The notes below the pieces were generated by a model, which had not been told where the DNA came from, did no database searches, and was given only the letters and a program-made list of their open reading frames with translations. A stretch of DNA of 64,000 nt, from assembly GCF_009914755.1 (NCBI RefSeq), contig NC_060925.1; one strand, given 5' to 3'. A program made the position numbers and the translations under genes. This document shows, piece after piece, positions 39,695 through 55,373 of this stretch. Each line of letters begins with the position of its first letter. Within the stretch, counting starts at the first letter, position 1. This DNA comes from the human T2T-CHM13v2.0 reference genome, Homo sapiens.

Positions 39695-40930
39695 CTGCCC
39701 GGGAGGTGTTTCAGTGATGCATGAGGATGGCGCCACCAGCCCCCAACCCCCACCCCACCCTACCCTACAGCATGGTTGTCCCTCACCTGGAACCACCAGA
39801 CTCTGTGCCAACCAGGACATCCCCTACCCGACCCCACTCCTCCAAGGCGTCTGGCCCTATCTCCAAAAGTCCCTGCCAAGGAGGCCACGGCACAGCCCAA
39901 TCTGCCCCACGCTCTGGCCAAGGCTCCCTTTCCCCAGAAGCCTGCACCAACCGGTCCTGCCATCACCTAGGCAGGTCTGTTCTTACTGCTAGAGTCACTG
40001 AGTGCTCACCGGGCGCGGCGGGGCAAGTACACACGGGCTCTCTCAGCACATGTCCTGGGTCAGGCATGTGCAGCAGCCAGGCACGTGGGCGCCTGGCCAT
40101 GCACCGTGTTTGTCTGTGCACAGATGCATGAGGACGTCCCCATCCATGTCCCTAGTACACACTCCGGCATCAGCATCCAGTGCCCCTGTCTGGGGCTCGG
40201 GGTTCCCGACAACTATGTGGACCTCTCCCACCCAGGCTGTCTGGGAGCTGGGCTGCGCCTCCCCCACAGGCCTGGGACTTCATCCAGTAATAGCCAACCT
40301 CACTCCGATAATGGCAGAGGAGTGACTTGAATACCATCAACCCCGAGAGAGACTACATCCAAATCTTTCTCTGCTCCATCATTTATTTACTAGTCACTCA
40401 GTCTTGCCAAGTAAGTCACGGCTGTGTGTCTCAGTTTTGTCATCTGGCAAAGAGGCAGAGTCACAACTCCCTCTCGAAGCTGCTGAGAGGATGAAATGAG
40501 ATCATCTCCATGCCGTGCTTGACAGCAGCAGGCACGTGGTGAGCACTGAAGGTCAGCGGTAATGATCATCAACAGAGCCACCAACACTCAGCCAGCTCCG
40601 GGCCAGCCCTGCCTGCTGCTGGATGTGTCTCATTTGAGCCTCACAACCCAGTCATGGAGGCTTTCCTATTATTTCCACTTTGCAGATGAGGAAACTGTGC
40701 CTCAGAGAAGTTCAGGGATTGCCAGGGTCTCCCAGGCAGAGAGGCACGACGCTGGGATTCAAACTGGGTCTCTGGTCCCAAAGCCTACCCACAGCCCCAA
40801 GCTGCCTCCACCTTCTGTGCCTCTCCCCATGACTAGGCTGAGACCCAAGGGGCTCGGGGTGGCCTCTGTCTGTCTGTTGGGACCAGGAGGACAACCAGCT
40901 GCCGCTGTCCCACCTGTGCCCACATCTCAC

Positions 40931-41005
40931 CATCAGGGCCGGTGCCCCCGCCAGGTTGCCGCCGATTGCAGTGAAGTTAAAGGGCGAGATGGCCGCCACG
41001 AAGCC
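40931..41005 (-). CDS. ALDH4A1: ALDH4A1 exon 7
   Basis: ccccag|GGC ... ATG|gtgaga, 75 nt, GFVAAISPFNFTAIGGNLAGAPALM (ALDH PFNF motif with oxyanion Asn). Confidence 0.97.
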
Positions 41006-41008
41006 CTG

Positions 41009-41082
41009 GGGAAGGAGGCAGCGGTGAGATCAGGCCCATGGCATTGGGCTGCCCCGCCTGCTCGCCCACTGCCTCCTGCAGG
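41009..41082 (-). ncRNA. MIR4695: MIR4695 precursor hairpin (5p 41057-41078; 3p 41011-41032)
   Basis: Minus strand reads CAGGAGGCAGUGGGCGAGCAGG ... UGAUCUCACCGCUGCCUCCUUC, matching the recalled miR-4695-5p and -3p. The arms are complementary and lie in the 80-nt intron 6. Confidence 0.9.
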
Positions 41083-41085
41083 TAC

Positions 41086-41235
41086 CTCCAGACCCCGGTA
41101 CACCGTGCTGTTGGTGCTCGGGGGCACGCTGATGGGCTGCTGCCCCTCCAGCTCCACCGCATACTTGGCATTGAACCGGAAGAAGTCGATGAGTTCCGCT
41201 GCAGCGTCAATCTCCGCTTGGATCACGGTCTTACC
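41086..41235 (-). CDS. ALDH4A1: ALDH4A1 exon 6
   Basis: ttgcag|GGT ... GAG|gtacct, 150 nt, GKTVIQAEIDAAAELIDFFRFN...YRGLE. Confidence 0.97.
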
Positions 41236-43279
41236 CTGCAAGGCAGAGGGCCGGGGGTCAGGAGCAGCCAACAGCCTCCTGTCCATCCTCTTCTCACATC
41301 TGACGCTGTGCCCAAAGCGAGCACTGAGCCGGGCCCCAGGAGGGACCAGGAAACATTTGGAGGGCTCACCAGGTCCCATCCCAGGGGCTGAGGGGGAAAG
41401 GATTCTCAAGCCCCTGAGCTAGCACCTCCTGTAGCCGGCCCTCTGGGCTGGACGGGGATCAGAAGAATTTTAGTGATCCTCTGTAGCAGGCCAGGTACTT
41501 GCCATGCACTGTCTTCATTTCATAGCAACTCTGAATGGTGGTGCATGGCAAAGGATCTATGGTCAAGCCTCAGACTAAATTCAGGATCAGAGCCTTCCAG
41601 ACAGAAGGGCAGATTAGCATGAGCTGGAGATTGGTCACTGGAAAACCAGGAGAGAGACTCGGTGTGTGGGAGGTGGATGGCTCCTTCCCCAGGAATGATG
41701 TTCGGCCTTGCTGGTTAGTTTGGGCCAAAAACCAAGAGGCGAGTGACTGTGATTCCCTTAAACCGTCAATTCTTAATAACAGCAAATGTGAGCTGCAGGG
41801 AAAAGAACTGTGGACAGCCAAGAACGGGGCTTTTCCAGATTGACGTGGCCTCCTCTTGGCACCCAAGGTCACTGGCAGGTGCACGACCTATTAGAGACAC
41901 ACAGCCCATGAAGCTGAGCTAAGATGTGTACCTTGCTTCCTAGAAGTTCCTGAGTCTTAGGCCAAATACAGAGAAAGCCTAAACTGATCCTAGACTGTCT
42001 TCCCAGCAACGTGCGGCTCACCAGGAACACGCAGAGCTGACGCCCACCCCAGAGGGCTGCTGAGCCAATCTAAGAAGGCATTTAGCAGGCTGAGGGGCTG
42101 TCATACCAGCTCTGTGCAGCAGAGGGGGTGCTCACCATGGGGACCGAGGAGCAGGCAGTGGCAAATGCCTGATCCAGAAAGCAGCCTGGGTTCTGGCTCC
42201 TGCAATTTACCCTTCAGGAACCCAGGTTAGTTGGCAGCGTAGGGCTCAGGTCCTGGAGGTGGTGAAATAACCCTTTCTCCCTCGACTCCTGTCCCCCGCA
42301 CACTCTGCCTGCTAGAGCCACTCCTCACTCAACTTGCATTTAGCAGGGTGAGGAGCTGTCATGCCAGCTCTGTGCAGAGAAAACCATTGATCAGGGGCTT
42401 GCTATGCCTCCTGAAAGGTATCATGCAAAGCCCAGAAAAAGACCGAGAATGTCAAGACATGTTTACTATGTCCAAAAAGCTTGTAAAGGGGCAGTACCTA
42501 GGAACTCAATACACTCCAGTGCAATCTGAGCTGTAACTGATGCAGGAACAACATGCTCTGGGGAAACAGAGGCAGGAATAGTCCTTTCGGCTGGAGAAGG
42601 CTCAGGAAGTCTCACGGAGGGGGTGACATCTGGGCTGGACCAGGAGGTAAGAGTTCACTGAGCACGGAAGAGACAGCAGGCATTCCAGGCAGGAGGACAC
42701 GTGGGCAGAGGCAGAGAGGATGCCTGCCATGGCCGGGGAGTCCTGCTAAGTGCCAAATGGCTACACTATGGGCAGGACAGCTTGGCAGGGAAATGCAGAG
42801 CAGTGGGCGAGCTGGACAGAGGTGGGCAGAAGGGCCCTGGGTATGGGGCTCAGGTCTTGGGACTTGCCTCTCAGTGGTGGAGAGGTCTGGGTGGGTCATA
42901 AGCCAGGAGTAACATCCTGGAGGTGTTGGAAAGACCACTCTGAGGGCGGCGAGGGGCTGACCAAGCTAGGAGGCAGGGAGACAGTGCAGGCCACCACCAG
43001 TCCAGGCAAAGCATGACAAAGGCCTAGGAGCGAGGACAGAGGGATGGAGGAGAGGGGACATTTCCGAGGCAGGACACATGGGCTCTGCACAATCTGTCTC
43101 GCCTAATAATCTGTGATCATCCATCCCAGCTCCTAGGCCTTGTCCCTTGAGGACATCTCTGGGTCCCCAAAAGGGCTTAGGACCCAGAAGCGCTTCAGCT
43201 GATGTCTGCTGCCATGGGTAGGGCACACCTGACTCCCACCCCACCCCGCCCCACCCACCCGGGCCCACCAGCACCTCAC

Positions 43280-43435
43280 CTGTCCCACCATGGTCTTGGC
43301 GAGGATCTCAGCCCTGCGCGGCCCACTCAGCATGTCTGCCGCCTTCAGGAAGATCTGGGCCCGGTCTGCAATAGGCTTCAGGTCCCACTCTTTCCGGGCA
43401 GCCAGGGCAGCCTCAATGGCTTTGTTGAGCAGGCT
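43280..43435 (-). CDS. ALDH4A1: ALDH4A1 exon 5
   Basis: tttag|AGC ... CAG|gtgagg, 156 nt, SLLNKAIEAALAARKEW...KTMVGQ. Confidence 0.97.
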
Positions 43436-44270
43436 CTAAAGGGAGAGGGAGAGGTTGGGGACTGCCACCTGCAGCGGGAAAGGCCCTGGGGAGTGAGCGA
43501 GGGAGGAGAGACCTGGGAGGCCACTCTCTTCCATCCGGGGACAATGCCTGTCTCCCTGGGCCCTCAGCCCCCTGCCACCATAGCTGCCAACAACAGCGTC
43601 CCATCAGAGCCTGTAGTGGCTGCCAGTCTGAAGCCTGAAGGGCCCGGCCAGGTTGGTCAGCTCTCCGAGGCCTTGGCACTGAGTCCCGCAGCTGTTACAC
43701 TGGCTCCACTTTCTCTCATGGTCTAATCAAAACCTTACCTTATTCTTGGGACCTGGTGCCCCTTAACCCACCATCCAGAAACTTGAGGTCAACTGGAGCC
43801 TGAGACACGGCTCTGCTGCTGGCCTCCCAGACCCCAACTGCCCTCATCGCCACACAATGCCAGTTCCTGGACCCCCAGCCACCCCAGCCCCTCCTGCTGG
43901 CCCTTTCCAGTGCCAATTCTTGGCCTAGCTTTCCATCAATGGTGTCTCCAATTGCCCTGACTCAGCCTTCCAGAATCCACCTCCTCCCCAGTCCAAGGTC
44001 TGCCCCACCACAATGGGCATGTCTGGGAATGTCTCAGCCCTGGCTGAGGCAGCTTGTGTTTGGCTCAAGTTAACCTTTGTATGCCTGGCCCAGTCAAAGA
44101 CATCACCCAGGGACTCCCTCAGTGTCAGCCACCCCCTGCCCACCTACCCACCATGGCCAAAGAAGGACACAGCAACTGATGCCCCCTGCCCCCGCCATAT
44201 CAGCAGCTGGCAGGGCAGAGCAGGGGCAGCAACCCTAACCCCGGGTCACCAGGCACACAGGCTCACTCAC

Positions 44271-44318
44271 CTTGTCTGCATAACAGAACTTGGCCACCTT
44301 ATGTCCATGGTTAAAAGG
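44271..44318 (-). CDS. ALDH4A1: ALDH4A1 exon 4
   Basis: tttcag|CCT ... AAG|gtgagt, 48 nt, PFNHGHKVAKFCYADK. Confidence 0.97.
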
Positions 44319-45124
44319 CTGAAAGGAGAGAAGAGTGAGGTCCTTGCCCGGGAGGGAGGTGCCAGGATAAGGATGAAGAGGACTGGACTCAGAGCCGGTT
44401 TTCCAGGAAAGTCCTGGACACGCCTGCTGTCCCCCCTCCCCCGCTCCCATGAAACCCTCCCCAGTGCCCGGCCCACAGGTTGCTCCCTGTTAAGGGTGCT
44501 GGTGTACCCGCTATACCATGAGTAAGACATGGCTCCTTCTCCAGAAGGCTCAGAGTCCAGGAGAAAGGCATAGACCCCAGGGTCTTTCCAGGAAAGCACG
44601 GACCTTTGTGGTCAGAGAGACATGGGTTCGAATCCTGGCTCTGCCACCTACTAGCTGTGGGGCCCCAGGTAAGCTCACTTCCTTCCCTAAGTCTCTTCAT
44701 CTAGGAAATGGGGACTGCCCTCCCTGTCTCTTAGCATGGACAGGAGAACCAAAGGGGATCATGGATGAAAATTCTTTGGTCCAGTATGAGGCTGCGACTA
44801 TGGGCAACAAAACCAGGTGAGGCCCAAAAGAATGCACCGGTGTTGTGACATGCTTGGGACTTCCGCCCTGCCCCGAAGCCATCATGGACAGAGCAATTGT
44901 TTCCTAAGCCCCAGATTTACTAATCTAAATAGGAAGATCCTCAACAAACATTTATAAACACAACCTGGTGTTGGTCCAAACCGCACCATTTTGTCAGCTC
45001 CCCGCTATTTTGCAGACCTCGGGCCAAGTGAAACATTTCACAGGAGCTCAGGCCATGAGAACCATCCGGCTCAGCCGCCTGACCGCAAGGCGGACGAAGG
45101 CCCACCTAAAGAAACTTCCCTGTT

Positions 45125-45557
<433 letters not shown>

Positions 45558-47170
45558 TCACCCATACCGATGAGTACCTCAGCCTGTAAGCAGCGGTGGG
45601 CCCTGGCATTAAGCTGGTCCCCCACTTCCTCAGGTTTCTGCAATATACTGGTGTTGCTGTTTCAGCTGCCCTCTCTCTGTGTGTGTGTCTTTCTTTAACC
45701 CCTGTCTTCCCTTCAAAACCTAATGCCCGGCAGTGGTGAACGCTAGCATGACCAATGAAGCAGGGAGAAATTTCACTTCTTTCCTTCCTAGGGCTGGCAA
45801 GATAGTTTATATCGTAATAGCTGACACTTTTGCTACCTATCCGTCTTCTGGTGGGTTATTGGAGCTTTCCTGTCTAAAAGAGTAGCCACGAGCCACATTT
45901 CACATGCTCAACAACCACACGTGGCGGCTCATGGCCGCTGGAACGGACAATGCAGATCTGGAACATTTCTGTCCTCACTGCAGGAAATTCTACTGGCCGG
46001 CGCTGGTCTAGGCTTGAGTAGAAAGTGACCATTCTCCTTCATGTTAAAGCTTGGCACAGTCACTCTGTATTCGGGCCACACCTGAGATTGGCCTGTGATG
46101 CTTAAGGGCAGAGAAGGTGGCTGCGACCTGGGCCCCAGTGGACTGCAGAACCCCGTCAGCACTATGTCCCGGCAAACATAGATCCTGCCCTCACATGCCC
46201 CAGAACCCCAAATGTCTCGTGCCACAGTGATCAGCACATGGCCAGAATCTCCAGCCAGGTCGGCAAGGCAATGTGGGAAATGAAAATCAGCAGTATCCAC
46301 CCAGGGGCTTATCAGAATGCCGGAGCCTCGCTGCCTGGAAAAATCCCAGCTGCCATGCAGCCTCAGACGCCTGCGGAGCTACAGGTGAGGGCAAGCTCTA
46401 GGCAGCTACAGAGACAACCAGGGAGCTGGGTGGCAGGTGCTGCTGTCAGCTGGCACCTGCACACACACCCAGTGACAGACAGAGTGACCTGGCCAATGCC
46501 TGCAGACCCCAGGCCATGCTTGAGGACAGCTCCAGGTAGTCCTGACCCAGCAACTAGAGCTCCAGGACACTGCTGTGGTCAACTCCTGCCCCAGGCTGTC
46601 CTGGGAACCTTCAGAGTGGGGGACCTGGGTCCTCCCCCTCAGTCACCCCTCCCCCTGCACACGTCTGCCCAGGGTTTCAGCCGGACAGAGCCAGAATGTG
46701 CTTGCCCTGTTTGCAAAAGGGCTGACCTTTTATTCTCCCTCAAATCACAGACCTATGAGTTTCCTGGCCCACGTAAAGTGCATGCCAGTTTCTGGATGGA
46801 TAAACTCCAAGCATGGGGGCTTCTTAGGCCAATGCCATCTGAGGTGCTCGGGGCCCGGGGCCCAGCTTTTTGTCATTAGCTCCCAAACCCCCTTGGCAAG
46901 AAATCTATGAGGAATAACAGAAGATGCTGTGTGGCCCCCTCATGGCCTTTCTTGCCCAGACACAGGATGCCGCTATGGGCTGGATGCAGTGTGGGTGCCG
47001 TCCTTTGCTTTGGGAGTTTTACTGGTCCACAGAATTCAAAATCTGGGGTGGGGAGGGGCACTATAAAGGCCTTGAAGTCAGAGCCCACACATTATAAGCT
47101 TACGAGCTGTCAGAGAAAGAGGTCACATATTCAGGGGAGGGGCTGAGCCCTGCCCACCCGCTGGACATAC

Positions 47171-47263
47171 CGACACTTGGTACTGCACGTCCGACGTCCA
47201 CACCTCCTCATCCCCCACCACGCATGGGATGGCTTCCATCCGGCCCTTCAGGTCCTTCAAGGC
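47171..47263 (-). CDS. ALDH4A1: ALDH4A1 exon 3
   Basis: ccccag|GCC ... TCG|gtatgt, 93 nt, ALKDLKGRMEAIPCVVGDEEVWTSDVQYQVS. Confidence 0.97.
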
Positions 47264-47820
47264 CTGGGGAGAGGGACAAGAGTGGGTATGGTCACCGCCT
47301 TCCTCGCTTCCTCCCATCTAAAACCCTAACGCAGAGTCCACAGACGGAGGTGCCCAGGCAATACAGAAATGAGAAGGGGGCCAGGCCAGGTCGGTGGCCA
47401 TCAGAGAACATGTGCTGCCCTCGGGGACAGCCGGACTCTGCTCCAGCCATTGTCACCCTGCAGGAAGGTGAGGTCTACCCATGACACAGAGATAAAAAAA
47501 CTGCACCTGAAACTTATATGAAATCTCATGATTTTTAAAATGCTGGCAATTAACTGGAAAACATGTTTAACTATAAAACAACTAGGTTTATGACATCTGA
47601 CCTGGCCTGAGAAGCCCCAGAGTAGCTCCAGGCTGCCACCTTGGTCCTCCCAGCTGTTCCCACACTCCAGACCCACAGCCCTCCCAGGCTTCCACCCAAG
47701 GCTGGGAGCAAGGGTAGAAGCGGGTGATGGCTGCAGGCACGGGGCGCTATCTCAGGGCTGCTGGGGATGGCCTCTGCTCCATGCCCTGCACCTCTCGGGT
47801 GCCTCCCACCCTCCCATTAC

Positions 47821-47914
47821 CTTTTGCAGGGCATCTCGCTCAGGGCTGCCCTGCGTGAAGGCTAAGACGGGCTCGTTGGCCACCTTCAGGGAGGAGGTGT
47901 GCTTCCACCGCAGG
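47821..47914 (-). CDS. ALDH4A1: ALDH4A1 exon 2
   Basis: ttccag|C CTG CGG TGG AAG ... CAA AAG|gtaatg, 94 nt, LRWKHTSSLKVANEPVLAFTQGSPERDALQK. Confidence 0.97.
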
Positions 47915-48055
47915 CTGGAACACAAGGGCAGGGGACAGAGGCAGAGAGGTCAGCAGCGGCCCCACCACCAGACCCCAGCCCCTCTACCTCCGACAGGGGG
48001 TCCTAGGTGGGCACCCAGAGCCTGAAATCCAATGCAACTAGAAAGTGGGGGGTCA

Positions 48056-48401
<346 letters not shown>

Positions 48402-49478
48402 TCAAGTCCCAGTCCCACGGTTGTGTGTCCTTGAGCCTGTGAGTTGCCTCCTGTGAACGTGGTTCTACGTCTATCAAGTAAGAATAATCGCACCGAACTC
48501 ACGCGGTTGTTTGAAGTTTAAACACACAGATGCAAAACCACGTTGAAGTATTTTCCACATGCAAAGCGTTACTCTCCCTTTCTTCTCCCACAAGGCAGGC
48601 TTTATCCCAAAAAGACCCAAACTCCTCTCTCTAAGCTGAAAGGGCAGCACATTCCAGAACACAGTCTCAGAATGTGAACCAGCTGAGATCCCCTTGGCAC
48701 AAAGGGCTGAGAGCTCTGGCTGGGCAGGAATGTCCAAGATGTGGACCATGAACTTGGAGAGCTGCCCTGAGCTCAGCTCACAGCCCCGGGAGGGCTGGCC
48801 CTGGGGGTGAGGTGCCTGATTCCAGGACACTGAGTCTCAAGAACTCCTTGCTCAAATCCTCTGACCTCTTTCCACCACCCCCTACCACATCTGAGGGTCA
48901 CAAGGTGGGAGGTCAGGTGGCTCAAAGCTAGGACGCTGGGGTCAGTCATTCCAGAGCTGGAGCCTCAGCCCTGCCACCTCCCAGCTGTGGGGCTTCCCCT
49001 TCAGGCCTGTTTCCCCCTCTGTAAATGAGAAGAATGATGATGACAAAGTCAACTAATGCCCAAAGGGCACTTGAAATTGACAAACTTCCCATCTACCGTG
49101 GCATAGGACGGGCCTCACCAGCCACCTCTCTACAGAAATAAGGTCATTTTGGTCCTAAAAGGAAAATGACTAGTTCAAGATCAAGAGTAGGGGAAACCTG
49201 CACTTGAGTCCAGAAGGCCCAGATACCATCTCTCTCTGGTGTCAATGGCCCCAGACAACCCGAACAGCTGGAAGTGCACAGGTGGGGTTCACTGGTCGGC
49301 GCAATGAGGGAAAACACACAGCGTAGGGAACCACAGGGCATCTCAGTAAGATGCTGTTAGGAAACCCATGGGGTTTGGCAGGGTGACTTGGGGAGGGTTT
49401 AAGGAAGCCACGGTTAGCTCTGGATTGGCTGCCATCAGAAAGTGGGGGTGAGGCTGACTGGGAAAAAAGGAACATTTA

Positions 49479-49853
<375 letters not shown>

Positions 49854-51128
49854 TCAGGAAGAGGGCTTATTGTGTCTCATCTGATCATGGTCTCAGAGGG
49901 ACGTGGCCTGAGGCTAGTGTTCTGCGGGATTGTTTTTGCCCTATGGGAGACAGACTGGCCCGGCTATGAGTGTCGGGGGCCAGAAGGAGTCTGGGGCTCA
50001 AAGACCCAGCCTGGGAAGCCTGAAGGAAGGACACAAAACCAAAGGAGTGTGGCCAGGCCCTGTGTTCATTCCACTTGACTTGAGGTTGACTGAGGACCTG
50101 CTGGGTCTCTGGTGCCGTCTCAGACCCTGGAGATAAAGCAGTGACAGAGACAGCGAGGCCCCTGGCTGCACACAGGTGACCTTCAGTGTGAGGCCTGGTC
50201 AGGAAATAAGCAAGGTAACCGCAGATGGTGAGCATGGCAAACAAGGGGGAGAATAGGGCTGCTTCAGCCAGGGTGGTCAGGGAAGGCCTCTCTGAGGAGG
50301 TGACCCTGAGAGGGACTTAAAGGAGGCTTGAGAGGAGCTGGGAAGAGCATCCCAGGTAGAAGGAGGCGGGGGGGGGCTGAGAGGGGCCTGCGTGGTAGAG
50401 GGAGAGGGAGAGGCAGGGGCAGGGCACCCAAGATCCTGACAGGTAAAGTGAGCACATAGGACCTTCTCTCCACTCCCCTCCCCTCCCCACCAACCTCCAC
50501 CCTGAGCCGGTAGCTCTGCACTCCCCACCCCCACTCTGCCTCCCACTAGCTGTGTGACCTTGGGCAAGTCACATGTCTTGAAGCCAGTTTCCCTCCCTCC
50601 CTAAAACACTGACACCCCCTCATGGGGTTAATATGGAGATTTGATAACGATAAATACATTAAAATCTGCACGGCCCTCTTCCATCTACCATCATGAGAAG
50701 AATGGAGAGGCAGCCACGAGTCTCCACAGTCCCTCAGGAAGGGACAAGGCAGTGTCAATCCCCTGGGACCATCTGGAAGCTTCTGACAGGGACCTCAGCT
50801 AAGCTCCTGACCCTGCATTCAAGCTGCGCTCCAGGCCTCAACAGCACCACACCCACCAAAGATGGTGAGCCAGATATCACCATCAACTCTTTCAGCCGAG
50901 AAGCGGGACTCCAAATAACTGAGTCTGTCCCAGCCCCTCTTTGGAGCCCAGGTCCCAGTGGATGGGAAAAGCACAGGCCCCAGAAGTGGACAAATCCGGA
51001 GGCAAAGCTCACACCTGCTCCATGACCTCAGTGCATTCTTAGAAAGTCTGCGAGCCTCAGTTTCCTCACCTGGAAAATGGGTACAATACTACCGAAAAGA
51101 GAAAAATAGCTCAGAGCAGCGTGAGCTA

Positions 51129-51823
<695 letters not shown>

Positions 51824-52067
51824 ATGATGCACCTTGCAGGGCCATCAGGAGGATTACAAGTGTTGGCCTTTCCTCACCCCTCCTGCTCTTGCTTTCCAAA
51901 GAAAACTGTAAAGGTCTCAGAATGCTATTTCAGTAGATCAGGCTTTCAGAGACAAATGGGCTCCCAGATGCCCCCAAAAATCACAGCCTCGGGGACTGGC
52001 CCAGGTACTCAGCAACTGCTGGAGGAATACACAGCACCATATTCCATCCCCAGGTTAAAACGTAGTA

Positions 52068-52413
<346 letters not shown>

Positions 52414-53140
52414 TCAGAGTCAGAGATCCTGCAGGCCTCCCTCCTCCTTCCACAGGGCAGAGGCCCAGATGCCCACTGTGACCTCAGGATCACATGCCCC
52501 CACGGCTTTCCCTGTGCCTGGAAGTCTCCAAGCACTGGCCCAGCTGTCCGTCCATCAGTCTGAGTGTGGCCTGGAGAACAGACACTAGTTCAAAGTTCAG
52601 CCTGAGTCGACTGCAGCTAAAAATAACCTAAGGACTCCCACCCATCAGTGCTTTCTTTTTTCTTTCTTTCTTTCTTTTTTTTTTTTTTTTTTTTGGTTCA
52701 TGAACAATTTTGGGCTAACAGGAGTATCCATCCACTGGCTGCTCGGGTGAAGGCAGAGATGAATCAGTCACAGGACTTGGGGCCTCTCTGAGGATCCATG
52801 AGGACCTTCTTGGCAGGACAGCATTCCTCATCCATTCACGCATTTATGCAGTCAGTACACATTTATTCCACATGGCAACGATGCAGAGATAAATTGGATC
52901 AGGTCAATAACAGCTCACTCAATTATTCAGCATGCGTTTTCCAAGCACCCAGGAAGTGCCTGGCTCTGGGAGGCAGATATGGATCCAACCCAACCTTTCT
53001 CAGAGCAGCCCTCAGTCCTCCCACTTAGGGAAGGCGGCACAAGACAGAGTCTGAATCTGACTCAGGTTTCCCTGAAAATCTGCAGTGCCCTTTCTGCTCA
53101 TGCCCTGAGCCTGAGACCTCAAGTTGGTCCCCCTCACCCT

Positions 53141-53491
53141 CTACAAGTGGGATCTAATCTACGAAGGCCATGCACCGTTTCACCTCCTGCACTGGAAGTT
53201 GTCAGGGCTACAAATGCTGGGATCTGATCCACGAAGGCCATGTACCGTTTCACCTCCTGCAGCGGGACATGTCAGGGCTGCAAGTACTGGGATCCGATCC
53301 ATGAAGGCCATGCACCATTTCACCTCCTGTGGCAGGAGATGTCAGGGCTACAAGTACTGAGATATGATCTACAAAGGACATGCACCATTTCACCTCCTGC
53401 ACCAGATGTCAGGGTTGCAAGTACTGGGATCTGATCTACAAAGGCCAGGCACCATTTCACCTTCTGCACCAGGAGATGTCAGGGTTGCAAG
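53141..53491. repeat. Minisatellite, 70-bp unit, about 5 copies, in ALDH4A1 intron 1
   Basis: Units start at 53149, 53219, 53289, 53359 and 53426. Approximate consensus gggatctgatctacgaaggccatgcaccatttcacctcctgca..ggagatgtcagggctgcaagtact. Confidence 0.95.
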
Positions 53492-54418
53492 GAGCTGTGG
53501 GCCAGCCAATGCAGCTTCAGAAATCTATAGAGGGAAAAACTGAAAAGACACAGAGGGCCCAGACTCCACCTTGCCCAAGACACCTCGTCCGAGGTACTAG
53601 TCACTTCAACCTGGACTCACGCCATGCCAGCCCTGCTCCAGTCTCCAAGTCACTCAGGTCCACACCGCAACCAAAGTTAACATGAAAATCTGATCATCAG
53701 AGAGATGGCACAGTGGGGAGCTCAGTGAGAAACTACTCAGTGGCTTCTCATTTCTTCTAAAATAAAGACATCAGAATCCTTACCAAGGCCTCCAAATGTA
53801 TTCCCCATCACCCTGCCCCATTTGGTGCAATCCGGTCACCCCGGTCTCTTCTGGGGTCCTCTCTGCTTGAGATGTCCTCCACTGGTCCAACCTCACATAG
53901 CCGGAATGGGGCTCCTATCGGATTCCTCTCATAGCTCTAGACTTTTCTGGAAGCACTAGTGAAAACCCTATTATAGAGCTCTGACTGACCATCTGTGTGC
54001 CCGCCAGGCCACAGGCTCCACACAGCCAGCCCGTACCCATCCCATTCACCACCAGGCACCCCAAGCCTAACACACTGACTGGCCACAGTAAGCACCTGAG
54101 AAATACAATCAATGCATGAGTGTCAGAGCTGACACCAGGCCCCCAGGACTGGACTCCAAGGCCAGTGCTCTTCTGCTATCACCTGGGGCTGGACACTGGC
54201 CCCTTGGGTTCCCCAGTGGCTAAGGTGAGGGGTGGCCAAGGACAAGGAGAGGAGAAATAGAAAGGAAATTATCTTTGCTTCATGCAGCCTCCTGACTTTT
54301 CCAGCCATTATCTGGAGCCTGATAAGGCTAATCCTCCCTATCACCGACATAAAGGCAACACTAGGTGAGCAGAGAAAGTGCAGGGCCCAGGGCGGGGCCT
54401 GGAGGGAAAGAAAGGCCC

Positions 54419-54835
<417 letters not shown>

Positions 54836-54878
54836 TCACTGAATCCACCACATAAGCGTATGAGGAACGCATGACAAG

Positions 54879-54956
54879 TTGAGCATCCCTGATCCAAAAA
54901 TCCAAAATCCGAAATGTTCCAAAATCTGAAACTTTTTGAGTGTCAACGTGACGCTC
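54879..54956 (-). ncRNA. MIR1290: MIR1290 annotated precursor (mature 54886-54904); status as a true miRNA doubtful
   Basis: Minus strand contains UGGAUUUUUGGAUCAGGGA, the recalled miR-1290 sequence, within a Tigger4a MITE in ALDH4A1 intron 1. Confidence 0.85.
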
Positions 54957-55013
54957 AAAGGAAATGCTCATTGGAGCATTTTGGACTTTGGAACTTGGGA
55001 GTAGGGATGCTCA

Positions 55014-55373
<360 letters not shown>

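Noticed and set aside
53149-53491. Regularly spaced repeats as a CRISPR-like array
   Set aside because: Whole units are similar with no unique spacers, the context is human and there are no cas genes. It is a minisatellite.
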